A stretch of DNA of 64,000 bases from Hyalangium minutum (lineage in GTDB: Bacteria > Myxococcota > Myxococcia > Myxococcales > Myxococcaceae). Location of the stretch: the NCBI RefSeq assembly GCF_000737315.1, contig NZ_JMCB01000006.1, positions 496,001 to 560,000 on the forward strand. Reading direction: 5' to 3'. Shown one piece after another: positions 1 to 11,950 of this stretch. Every line of letters begins with the position of its first letter. The stretch's first letter is position 1. Under the pieces are notes generated by a model. The model was not told the DNA's origin. It was given only the letters and a program-made list of their open reading frames with translations, and did not search any database. A program made the translations under genes and the position numbers.

Positions 1-1464
1 CAGGTAGAACAACAGCATGTCCGCCGCGTGGGTGTTGGGCAGGTTGTACGCGACGACCGGGTGCGAGGCGTCGTCGAGGCGCAGCGGGGTGCCGATGGCC
101 ACGGGGACGATGGTGGGCGCAGTGGGCTTCTGGGCCAGGGCGTCCGGGCGGAGGGTGGACGGCGCGCGGAACAGCTCCTGGTAGAAGCTGGTGAGGGACT
201 CGTGCGCGACGACCTTGGTGCCCTGAGCGACGTAGGAGCGCAGGCCGCCCGCGTGGTCGCTGTGGTGGTGCGTGGCCAGCACGTGGGTGATGGGCTTGTT
301 GGGGAACTTCGCCTTGATCCAGTTGATGATCGCGTCACTGCGCTCGGGGTAGAGCGGCGCCTCGAGGACCACGATGCCGTTGGCCTGCTCCACGACGAGG
401 GTGTTGTGCGAGTAGCCCCGGAGGTAGTGCACGCCCGGAGTCAGCACTGTCTCACTCGTGGTGAGGTCCACGCCGTCCAGCGGGATGCCGAAGGAGGCGA
501 AGACCTGGTGGAAGACGTGCTGGGAGGCGCCGCGCGCCGCGTCCTCGGCATTGTAGGGCGGCAGGTTGGTGCCCGAGGGGAGCTGGAAGAGCGAGGCGGC
601 CAGGGTGCCGTTGACCGTCACCGTCTTGCGCGTCTCGCTGGAGACGAGGTGCCCATCCACGCCCATGTAGACGTTCTTGGGGAAGAGCAGGCCGCTGGAG
701 GTGGTCTCCCAGCCCTCATAGAAGACCTCGACGGGGACGTCGCGGTGGAGCGGCTCGTTCTCCAAGGTGGAGAGCTTGGCGAGCTTGCCCGTCTTCGCGT
801 TCACATAGAGGGTGATGGGGTGGACGGAGTCACTGACCACCAGCAGGTTGTGGAGGCTGCCGTCGAGCAGGGCCGAGCCGCCGTCGGTGGCGATGCTCGG
901 GTTGGCGGCGATGTCCTTGAGGATGAGGTGCGGGTTGAGGAACCGCTGCTGGCGGCGGATGGCGGCGGTGCGGTCCGAGAGCAGCGGGCCACCGGGTGCG
1001 CCGAAGAGGCTCTCGGTGCCGTCCAGGAAGCCGTCGTTGCCGTTGACGATCTCCTTGAAGTCCTGCTGGAGGGGGAAGAAGAGCGTCAGGGTGCGCTTGT
1101 GGTGGATGGCCAGCTTGTTGCCCGCGACGTCATAGCTGATGGTGGTGCCATTGGAGGTGCTGCCCATCAGCGGGGGATCCGACGGACGGAAGCCCTCGCC
1201 GGCGGTGTAGGCCTGGCCGGAGACGGTGAGCTCGAAGTTCTGCAGGCCTTGGACAGCGGCCTTTCCGCCGATGCCGGCAAACGCCTTGTCGGCAGTGCCG
1301 AGCGAAGGGTCAACGGTGGCGTCCGTGCCAGGCGCGCCCTGAGGACCTTGCTCGCCTTGAGGGCCTGCGTCTCCCTCGCAGCCAGCGGCGACGAGGGCAA
1401 AGCCAAGGGTAACGGCGCGCAGGGTGCGCAGCGGAGACCAGCGGGTGGAGGACAGCTTTCTCAT
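1..1464 (-). CDS. MBL-fold metallo-hydrolase lipoprotein (3' end outside the window)
   Basis: Not in the ORF track because there is no stop in the window. Manual translation from the ATG at 1464 gives MRKLSSTRW...FALVAAGC (lipobox), a collagen-like GPQGEQGPQGAPG segment and the MBL motif THHHSDHAGG (HxHxDH). Confidence 0.85.
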   Translation of the reverse strand, partial: MRKLSSTRWSPLRTLRAVTLGFALVAAGCEGDAGPQGEQGPQGAPGTDATVDPSLGTADKAFAGIGGKAAVQGLQNFELTVSGQAYTAGEGFRPSDPPLMGSTSNGTTISYDVAGNKLAIHHKRTLTLFFPLQQDFKEIVNGNDGFLDGTESLFGAPGGPLLSDRTAAIRRQQRFLNPHLILKDIAANPSIATDGGSALLDGSLHNLLVVSDSVHPITLYVNAKTGKLAKLSTLENEPLHRDVPVEVFYEGWETTSSGLLFPKNVYMGVDGHLVSSETRKTVTVNGTLAASLFQLPSGTNLPPYNAEDAARGASQHVFHQVFASFGIPLDGVDLTTSETVLTPGVHYLRGYSHNTLVVEQANGIVVLEAPLYPERSDAIINWIKAKFPNKPITHVLATHHHSDHAGGLRSYVAQGTKVVAHESLTSFYQELFRAPSTLRPDALAQKPTAPTIVPVAIGTPLRLDDASHPVVAYNLPNTHAADMLLFYL

Positions 1465-1595
1465 GGGACAGCTCCCGGGGTGAGTGATGCGAGACGGGTG
1501 ACGACCGCGGGCCACTGAGTAGCGCTGGAGCCGTCCCGCGAGCCATGCCCGGGAGAATCAATGTTTTGTCCGTTCGTCTCACGCGCTCCCGGACG

Positions 1596-2213
1596 TCAGG
1601 AGTCCCGCTCGCGCATCAATGCGCCGACGGCGCGGAGCTCAGTGTCTTCGCTGCGCTCCAGCCGCTCCATGACGGCGCGGCGGTCCTCGGGAGCCCGGTT
1701 CTGGTTGAGCTTGAACTTGCCCTCCACGCGCGAGAGGCGGAGCTCGAACGCAGCAATACCGGGCAGGAGCTTCCGGGCATAGTCACCCTCCATGGACCAC
1801 GGCTTCTCGAAACCGGACTCATAGGTGTCCACGGAGGCGCGGAGGATGCGCAGCGCCTCCTCGGGCTCCTCGATGAGCCGAGGCTGGCCGTAGGCGTGGA
1901 CCACGGTGTAATTCCACGTTGGGACGTTGGGCTGGGTGACGTACCAGGACGGCGACACATAGGTGTGCGGGCCCTGGAAGATGACGAGGACGTCCTGGTC
2001 CTCGGAGAAGGCGCGCCACTGCGGGTTCGCTCGGGCCATGTGCGCCAGCAGCCGTCCCTGGGTGCCCTCGGAGCCGGGCTCGACGAGGAACGGCAGGTGG
2101 GAGGCGAAAGGGACGCCGTCCTCCACCGTGACGAGCGTGGCGAAGCTGTGGCGCCTCATGAAGGCGAAGAGGCGCTGGGGATCCTGCTCCTGAAACGACC
2201 GCGGGAGGTACAT
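1596..2213 (-). CDS. PaiB-like FMN-binding negative transcriptional regulator family protein
   Basis: MYLP..F start, ASHLPF, HMARANPQW, YVSPSWY, VPTWNY and GKFKLNQN are typical of the PaiB/FMN-binding split-barrel family. Confidence 0.9.
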   Translation of the reverse strand: MYLPRSFQEQDPQRLFAFMRRHSFATLVTVEDGVPFASHLPFLVEPGSEGTQGRLLAHMARANPQWRAFSEDQDVLVIFQGPHTYVSPSWYVTQPNVPTWNYTVVHAYGQPRLIEEPEEALRILRASVDTYESGFEKPWSMEGDYARKLLPGIAAFELRLSRVEGKFKLNQNRAPEDRRAVMERLERSEDTELRAVGALMRERDS

Positions 2214-2256
2214 GGAGCACGGACGTGCCCCAAGCCTCCCGCGCCGTCAACCCGGC

Positions 2257-5332
<3,076 letters not shown>

Positions 5333-5430
5333 AGGGTACCCCCGAACCTAATCGCCCTGCCTCCAGGCGCGGGGATTTTCCACGCGAGGGTTGTTTGCCA
5401 GGCGGCGCACTCGGCCTACCCTGTACCTCT

Positions 5431-6183
5431 GTGACGGATGCCGAGCTCGACGGGCGCCTGCGCGCCAACATCACGGCCTTCAAGCAGTTTCAGGCCAGTC
5501 AAGGCTCTCTGCGCAGCCTGACCCTCCCGGGCCTCGCGGCGTTCGCCCAGCCGAACCACCCCCAGCTCATGGGCCAGCAGCAGGTCTTCTTCCACGACAC
5601 GGAGGCGCTGCGGGCCGCACTGCCCACCCTCGAGGACTTCTACCGGAGCCACGGCGTCCAGCTCTGGCGCGTGTGGGTGCCTCCGGGAAATCCTGTAGGG
5701 CCCGCACTGGAGCGCGCGGGCTACCGCCCCGAGGGCTCGACTCCGGCCATGGGCCTCAGCCTCGCGGACACGCCGCTCACGCCTCCCAGCCTCCCGCTGG
5801 AGGAGCTCCCCTCGCAGGAGGAGCTCATCCCCCTCAACGCGGAGGCGTTCGGCCCCAGCGCGGCCTTCGAGCTCCGCCCCTGGCACAGCCAGCCCTACGG
5901 CCCCGTGCGCATCCGCGGCATCCGCGAGGCGGGCCGGCTCATCGCGGCCGGCTTATCCTTCGACGTGGAGGACACCGCGGGCATCTACCTCGTGGCCACC
6001 GCGCCCAGCGCGCGCAAGCGAGGGCTGGCCACCGAGGTGATGCGCGGCCTGCTGCTCGATGCGCGCGCCCGGAACCAGCGCGCGGCCGTGCTCCAGTCCA
6101 CCGTCCAGGGCCACAGCGTCTACCTGCGCATGGGCTTCCGGGACCTGGGCGACTGGGTGAACTGGGTGCGCCGCTGGGCCTGA
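5431..6183 (+). CDS. GNAT family N-acetyltransferase
   Basis: C-terminal acetyl-CoA motif VATAPSARKRGLA and VYLRMGF. Likely GTG start at 5431. Confidence 0.85.
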   Translation: MTDAELDGRLRANITAFKQFQASQGSLRSLTLPGLAAFAQPNHPQLMGQQQVFFHDTEALRAALPTLEDFYRSHGVQLWRVWVPPGNPVGPALERAGYRPEGSTPAMGLSLADTPLTPPSLPLEELPSQEELIPLNAEAFGPSAAFELRPWHSQPYGPVRIRGIREAGRLIAAGLSFDVEDTAGIYLVATAPSARKRGLATEVMRGLLLDARARNQRAAVLQSTVQGHSVYLRMGFRDLGDWVNWVRRWA

Positions 6184-6184
6184 C

Positions 6185-6550
6185 TCACGGCAGCGCGTGC
6201 TGCTGGACCACCTCCAGCAACACATCGAGGTCCACGGGCTTGCGCACCCACCCCCGCGCCCCCAGCTCCTGGAGGTTGGGCCGGGCGCTCGCGGAGAAGA
6301 CGACCACGGGGATCTGCCCGAACTTCGGGTGGCCTCGCACCTCGGCCAGGAAGCCCGCGCCGTCCAGCACCGGCATCATCATGTCCAGCAGCACCATCCC
6401 GGGCAGCGGGTCGCTCTTGCCCAGCACGTCGAGCGCGTTCCGGCCGTTGCTCGCCGTGAGGACCTGATAGCCCGCGTCACGCAGCACGTCCGAGATGGCC
6501 TCCCGCAGGTCCGCATCGTCATCCACCACCAGCAGCGGTCGAGCCGTCAT
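6185..6550 (-). CDS. Single-domain response regulator (receiver)
   Basis: LLVVDDD, VLLDMMMP (phospho-Asp), FSAS and RKP. True start MTARP at 6550 overlaps the stop of the upstream kinase (ATGA). Confidence 0.9.
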   Translation of the reverse strand: MTARPLLVVDDDADLREAISDVLRDAGYQVLTASNGRNALDVLGKSDPLPGMVLLDMMMPVLDGAGFLAEVRGHPKFGQIPVVVFSASARPNLQELGARGWVRKPVDLDVLLEVVQQHALP

Positions 6551-8172
6551 GGGTGCACCTCCGCCGTGTCCAGTGGCAACTCCAGGGTGAAGGTAGCACC
6601 TCCGCCGGCTCTCGCCTGCGCCCAGACGCGTCCGCCGTGGGCCTCCGCCGCGCGCCGAGCCAGGTACAGCCCCAGCCCCAGCCCTCCATAGGAGCGGGAG
6701 GACACCGCGCGCTCGAAGCGCTCGAAGATGCGCTCCAGCTGGTCCGGAGGAATGCCGATGCCCCGGTCCCGCACCTCCACGCGCGCCAGAGCGCCCTCTC
6801 GTGTCACCACCACCTGCACAGGGTGCCCCGAGCCGAACTTGAGGGCGTTGTTCATCAGGCTCGACACCGCCTGGTCCACGCGCAGCCGGTCCCACCGGCC
6901 CCACAGGGCCGGCGTGGCCTCGAGCCGCACCTCGCACCGGGCGCCCTGGGCCTCTGCGGCGTGCCGCTCCACGACTTCGGCCACCAGCTCCGCCAAGTCA
7001 AAGCGCTCCGGCTGGAGCATCATCTCCCCGCTGGCCAGCCGCGTGACGTCCAGCAGCCCCTCCACCAGCGTGGCCAGGCGGCGGGTCTGGCGCTGGCACC
7101 GCTCCAGGCGCTCGGTGAAGTCCGGAGCGATGCCCTCCTTCTCCGCGCGCTGGGTGAGTGCGCCCAGCTGCAGCCGCAGCGTGGTGAGCGGCGTGCGCAG
7201 CTCGTGGGCCGCCACCGTGAGGAAGTCGTCCCGCAGGTGCACCGCCTCCTGCATCTCCCGGAAGAGGCGCGCGTTCTCCAGCACCAGGGAGGTGCGGCGG
7301 GCCAGCTCCTGGGCCAGGCCGAGGTCCTCCTGCACGAGCCTCCGGGGGTGGTTCGTCGCCAGCATGAGGACGCCCGCTGCCCCCTGGCGGCCGCACAGGG
7401 GCACGTGGAGCACGGAGCGCAGGCCCAGCCCGCGCAGCCTCCGCAGGTGCTCCTCATTGCGGGCCAGCTGCTCCTCCTTGCCAGACACGTCGGGGAGGAA
7501 CTCGGGCTGGCCGGTGCGCAGCACGAAAGTCGGCCCCGTGGGAGCATCCGGCCGCAGGGGGGCGCGCCGGTCCATGGCGAACGCCTCCGCCACCTGCGCG
7601 GGATCTGGATGGGCCAGCGCGGCCAGCCGCAGCCCCTGCCCCTCCTCCAGGAAGATGGCGCACCAGTCCGCCACCACGGGCACGGGCAGCTGGGCCAGCC
7701 GCTCCAGCCACTGCTCGAAATCCAGGGGAGCGGTGAGCACCTCTCCCACGCGAGCCAGGAGCGACCGCTCCAGCTCGGCCCGGGTCTTCGCCCGGCGCGC
7801 CTCGGCCTCGCCCACCTCCCGAGTGACGGCCGCGGCCAGGCGGGTGATTCGATCCTTGGGGAAATAGTCCCGGGCTCCGGCGCGCATCAGCTCCACGCCA
7901 TCCGCCTCGCCCACGGTGCCCGAGACGACGATGAAGGGGATGTCCTTGCCCGTCTCCTGGAGCAGCCGCAGCGCCTCCGGAGCGCTGAAGAGCGGCAGCT
8001 GGTAATCGGAGATGACGGCGTCCCACTCGTTCTGCCGCAGGGCCTGCTCCATCTCCTCCGCCGTCTCCACCCGGTGCAGCTCGGCCGAGAACCCCGCGCG
8101 CCTCAGCTCGAGCCCCATGAGCTCCATATCCTCCGGGTCATCCTCCACCACCATCACCCGGACCGGCTTCAT
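6547..8172 (-). CDS. Hybrid sensor histidine kinase (REC-GAF-HisKA-HATPase)
   Basis: N-terminal VVEDD...ISDYQLP receiver, GAF-like middle, AAHELRTPL H-box, NALKF, DRGIGI and GLGLGL. Confidence 0.92.
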   Translation of the reverse strand: MKPVRVMVVEDDPEDMELMGLELRRAGFSAELHRVETAEEMEQALRQNEWDAVISDYQLPLFSAPEALRLLQETGKDIPFIVVSGTVGEADGVELMRAGARDYFPKDRITRLAAAVTREVGEAEARRAKTRAELERSLLARVGEVLTAPLDFEQWLERLAQLPVPVVADWCAIFLEEGQGLRLAALAHPDPAQVAEAFAMDRRAPLRPDAPTGPTFVLRTGQPEFLPDVSGKEEQLARNEEHLRRLRGLGLRSVLHVPLCGRQGAAGVLMLATNHPRRLVQEDLGLAQELARRTSLVLENARLFREMQEAVHLRDDFLTVAAHELRTPLTTLRLQLGALTQRAEKEGIAPDFTERLERCQRQTRRLATLVEGLLDVTRLASGEMMLQPERFDLAELVAEVVERHAAEAQGARCEVRLEATPALWGRWDRLRVDQAVSSLMNNALKFGSGHPVQVVVTREGALARVEVRDRGIGIPPDQLERIFERFERAVSSRSYGGLGLGLYLARRAAEAHGGRVWAQARAGGGATFTLELPLDTAEVHP

Positions 8173-8504
8173 ACGAGGCCCCCCTCGGGCTGCGGACTGC
8201 TGAGGCCTGGCCAGTATTTCATGCTGGGACCCACGCGGTGGCTCCTCTGCACGTGGCCGTGGGGGAAACAGTCTGTCCTTTCTTCAACACACCACCGGTC
8301 ATTTCTACAGTCCGTCTCCCCCTCGCCCTACCTCGCAACGCGTTACTCCCTGAGGCCCCAACAATCGCCGCGAGCTCATCCTCGCTCCGGGTGCTTTCAG
8401 CCCCCCAAGCAGGCAAGCACTCCCCTCGTGGCTCGCATGGCGAGAGTCGATTCATGAATGAAAAGCGGCCAGGAAACCTTAAATAGGGGAACCGTCACCC
8501 CTGC

Positions 8505-9185
8505 GTGCTGCCCTTGCTCAACTCTCTCTCCCCCACCTTGGACGAGCTGTCGGTTCTCTTGCAGCGCTACCTTGCCGCTCAGCTCGCGGGGGATCGCCGG
8601 GAGGCCCTGCGCCTGCTGGTGGACGAGGGCCTGCTGCGAGGCATCCCGCTGCAGGACATCCACCTGAAGATCATCCAGCCCGCGCAGTACGAGATTGGAC
8701 GGCTCTGGCAAGAGAACCGCATCTCCGTCGCGCAGGAGCACCTGGCCACCGCCATCTCCCAGCTGGCGCTCTCGCATCTGTACCGCCACCTGCCGAGGGA
8801 TCCATCCAACGGCAAGGTCGTCATGGTGGCGTGCGTGGAGGGCGAGATGCACGAGGTGGGCGCTCGCATGGCCAGCGACTTCCTGGAGATGGCGGGCTTC
8901 GACGTGCGCTTCCTGGGCGCCAACGTGCCCACGGGCCACCTGGCCCGCATGGTGCGGGAGCAGACGCCGGATCTGCTCGCGCTGTCGGTGAGCATGACGT
9001 ATCACCTCCCCGCCCTGCGCACGGCGCTGGATCAGGTGCGAGCCCTCGCGCCCCGTCTCCCCATCGCCGTGGGCGGACTGGCCTTCACCTGGGTTCCGGG
9101 CCTGGAACAGGAGCTGGGCGTGTCCTTCCATGGGAAGGATGCGCGCGAGCTGGTTGCCTCCGCCTGCCGGACCCTCGGAGTCTGA
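8505..9185 (+). CDS. Stand-alone cobalamin (B12)-binding protein, CarH-type cap plus Rossmann domain, without HTH
   Basis: W-x9-EH (W QENRISVAQ EH, nt 8706-8741), EGEMHEVG (ExHxxG), FLGANVP and LALSVSM. No MerR HTH at the N-terminus. Confidence 0.9.
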   Translation: MLPLLNSLSPTLDELSVLLQRYLAAQLAGDRREALRLLVDEGLLRGIPLQDIHLKIIQPAQYEIGRLWQENRISVAQEHLATAISQLALSHLYRHLPRDPSNGKVVMVACVEGEMHEVGARMASDFLEMAGFDVRFLGANVPTGHLARMVREQTPDLLALSVSMTYHLPALRTALDQVRALAPRLPIAVGGLAFTWVPGLEQELGVSFHGKDARELVASACRTLGV

Positions 9186-9194
9186 AAAGCCCCC

Positions 9195-9905
9195 ATGGAG
9201 ACACTCCCCCGCCAGCTGGAGGCGCGCGCTGACCGCCTTGCCGCAGCCTCCGTCGAATGGATGTACCAGGACCCTTTCTGGGAGGCGCGCTACGGCGCCG
9301 AGCGGGCCCGCCGCTTCGGGGGTGAGGACGCGCATTTCCACGTGCGCTACCTCATGCAGGCGCTGGCGGAGGAGCGCCCCTCGGTGATGGAGGGTTACGC
9401 GGTATGGCTGCGCAAGCTGCTCGTGTCCCGCGGCATGTGCACCCTGCACCTGGACCAGAACTTCGCCGGACTCCAGGCGGCGCTGGCTGTCGAGGGCTTT
9501 GGCCCGGGCTCGCCCGCGCAGGCCTATGTGCAGGCGGCTCGCGATGTGCTGCGCTACCCGTCCGGCGCCGCGCGCACCCTGCAGGACAAGGCCTCGGAGC
9601 TGGCCCGCGCCACTGCCCACCTGCTGCACCCGGAAGTGCCCGCGCCCCTCCTTCCCCGGCTGGAAGAGGAGCTGCTGCTCCACCTCTCGTACCTGGCGGA
9701 CGCCCTCGGCACGGGGCAACCGGAGGTCTTCGCCAAGCACGTGGAGTGGTATCAGGGCTTCTGGCCGCTGCGTGAGTTTGGCGAGCTGTCCTTCTTCCGG
9801 GCCCTGAAGGCCCTGGAGGCAGCCCTGGAGATGGGCCTCACGAATCAGGACGAAGTCAAAGCGGTGCTCTCCGCCGCCAGCATTCCGAAGGAGAAGCACC
9901 CATGA
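9195..9905 (+). CDS. Tandem globin/phycobiliprotein-like helical protein
   Basis: All-helical, with an internal repeat E-x4-H-x2-YL-x2-AL-x4-P-x-V-x6-W (nt 9324-9407 and 9666-9749) that resembles the phycobiliprotein core helices. Fold assignment is inferred. Confidence 0.6.
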   Translation: METLPRQLEARADRLAAASVEWMYQDPFWEARYGAERARRFGGEDAHFHVRYLMQALAEERPSVMEGYAVWLRKLLVSRGMCTLHLDQNFAGLQAALAVEGFGPGSPAQAYVQAARDVLRYPSGAARTLQDKASELARATAHLLHPEVPAPLLPRLEEELLLHLSYLADALGTGQPEVFAKHVEWYQGFWPLREFGELSFFRALKALEAALEMGLTNQDEVKAVLSAASIPKEKHP

Positions 9906-11950
9906 CGACGGCACCGCTGGCCTCCCCGCAGCTCAACGCCTTGAGCCGGGAGGTGGCGCTCGTGTGTGACTCCGCTGGCACCATCCTCTGGGCGGACGAG
10001 CGGGCAGAGCACATCCTCTCGGCACAGCCCGGCCAGAAGCTGCGCACCCTGGCGGCCCAGGGCACCGAGGAGAAGGTGGACCGGCTGCTGCTGCAAGCCC
10101 GGGATGAGCGCGTGGAGAACTGGGAGCTCATCCTCTGCCGCGCGGGCCTCAAGCCCACCACGTTCGCCTTCTACGCCCAGCCACGGGACGGGCAGCTGAT
10201 GCTGGTGGGCAGCCTGGTCCCGGAGGACTACGGCGCGGCGCTGGCGCAGGTGAGCTCCACCCTGAGCGAGCTGGCCGCGCTGCACCGCGAGACGGAGCGC
10301 CAGCAGCGCGAGCTCACCCGCCGCGCGGACGAGCTGCAGCGCCTCAACCGGGAGCTGGAGGAGTCCAACCGCGGCGTGCGCAGCCTCCACGCCGCCCTGG
10401 ACGAGAAGGCGGAGAACCTCCAGCGCGCCTCCGAGGTGAAGAGCCGCGTGGTGGCCAACGTCAGCCACGAGTTCCGCACCCCGCTCCACTCCATCCTCGG
10501 CCTCTCCAAGGTGCTGCTCAACCCGCTCAACGGCCAGCTCTCCTCCGAGCAGGAGAAGCAGGTGCAATTCATCCGCACCTCGGCCGAGGCCCTCTACGAG
10601 CTGGTGAATGACTTGTTGGATCTGTCCAAGGTGGAGGCTGGCAAGGCGGTGCTGCGCCACACCCGCTTCGAGGCGGACGAGTTCATGCGCGGGCTGCGCG
10701 GGATGATGCGGCCGCTGCTGGCCCCCGAGTCGCCGGTGGAGCTCGTCTTCCCAGACTCGCCCTCGGGGCTGAAGCTGGAGACAGACGAGGCCAAGCTCAG
10801 CCAGGTGCTGCGCAACCTCATCTCCAACGCGGTGAAGTTCACCGAGCAGGGCTCCGTCACCGTCTCCGTGACGGAGGGCCCGCGCGACACCGTCTCCTTC
10901 GCCGTGAAGGACACCGGCATCGGCATCCCCCCGGAGTACCACGAGCGCATCTTCGAGGAGTTCATCCAGGTGGAGACACCCCTGCAGCGCAAGGTGAAGG
11001 GCACGGGCCTGGGGCTGACGCTGGCGCGCCGCCTCACGGAGATGCTGGGCGGCACGCTCACCGTGCAGAGCGCCATGGGGCAGGGCGCCACCTTCACCGT
11101 CACCATTCCCCGGGTGCACCCGGAAGTGAAGGAGATGGCGGGGCTCACCGAGCGCGCCCAGCAGTTGGATCCGCAGCGCGCGCCCGTGCTGGTGCTGGAG
11201 GACGACCGGCAGACGCTCTTCCTCTACGAGAAGTACCTGGAGCGCTCCGGCTTCCAGGTGCTCCCGGTCCGCTCCGTGGACGAGGCGCGCCGCACCGTGC
11301 AGCGCGTGCGCCCGGCCGCCATGGTGCTGGACGTGATGCTCGAGGGCGAGACGAGCTGGAGCTTCCTGGCGGAGATGAAGATGAAGGAGGAGACGCGGGA
11401 CATCCCCATCCTCGTCGTCACCGTGACAGACCGCGAGCAGAAGGCGCGCGCCCTGGGCGCCGACGAGTTCTGGCTCAAGCCGGTGGAGGCCACGCAGCTG
11501 CTGCGCAAGCTGGGAGAGCTGGCCCACCGGGGCCCCGTGGAGCGCATCCTCATCATCGACGACGACGAGGTGCACCGCTACCTGCTGAAGCAGCTCCTCA
11601 AGGACACCCCCTACGCCCTCTTCGAGGCCGAGGGCGGCCGCGATGGCATCCGCCTGGCCCGCGAGAAGGCCCCGCATCTCATCTTCCTGGACTTCCTCCT
11701 CCGGGACATGACGGCCTTTGACGTGCTGGACGAGCTGAAGGCGGACCCGCGCACGCGCGACGTGCCCGTCATCATCCAGACGTCCCATGAGCTGAAAGAG
11801 GACGAGCGCACGCGGCTGGCCCGCGAGACGACGGCCATCCTCGCCAAGCACACGCTGAGCCGCGAGGTGGCCATCACCCGCATCCGCGACGCGCTCTCCA
11901 AAGCGGGGCTGGGCGCTCGTGTGGAAGAGCGGGAGGTGCGCCGTGGTTGA
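9902..11950 (+). CDS. Hybrid histidine kinase (PAS-like, coiled coil, HisKA, HATPase, REC, REC)
   Basis: ELEESNRGVRSLHAALDE coil, VSHEFRTPL, NAVKF, DTGIGI and GTGLGL, plus two receivers (MVLDVML, IFLDFLL). ATGA overlap with the upstream gene. Confidence 0.93.
   Translation: MTTAPLASPQLNALSREVALVCDSAGTILWADERAEHILSAQPGQKLRTLAAQGTEEKVDRLLLQARDERVENWELILCRAGLKPTTFAFYAQPRDGQLMLVGSLVPEDYGAALAQVSSTLSELAALHRETERQQRELTRRADELQRLNRELEESNRGVRSLHAALDEKAENLQRASEVKSRVVANVSHEFRTPLHSILGLSKVLLNPLNGQLSSEQEKQVQFIRTSAEALYELVNDLLDLSKVEAGKAVLRHTRFEADEFMRGLRGMMRPLLAPESPVELVFPDSPSGLKLETDEAKLSQVLRNLISNAVKFTEQGSVTVSVTEGPRDTVSFAVKDTGIGIPPEYHERIFEEFIQVETPLQRKVKGTGLGLTLARRLTEMLGGTLTVQSAMGQGATFTVTIPRVHPEVKEMAGLTERAQQLDPQRAPVLVLEDDRQTLFLYEKYLERSGFQVLPVRSVDEARRTVQRVRPAAMVLDVMLEGETSWSFLAEMKMKEETRDIPILVVTVTDREQKARALGADEFWLKPVEATQLLRKLGELAHRGPVERILIIDDDEVHRYLLKQLLKDTPYALFEAEGGRDGIRLAREKAPHLIFLDFLLRDMTAFDVLDELKADPRTRDVPVIIQTSHELKEDERTRLARETTAILAKHTLSREVAITRIRDALSKAGLGARVEEREVRRG

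Noticed and set aside
5380-5402. Possible sigma54 promoter (TGGCA...) between the divergent genes
   Set aside because: The GG to GC spacing is off by two from the required GG-N10-GC.
8441-8460. TCGATTCATGAAT upstream of the B12 gene as a seventh regulon site
   Set aside because: Only the GATTCA half matches; the GTTGA half-site is missing.
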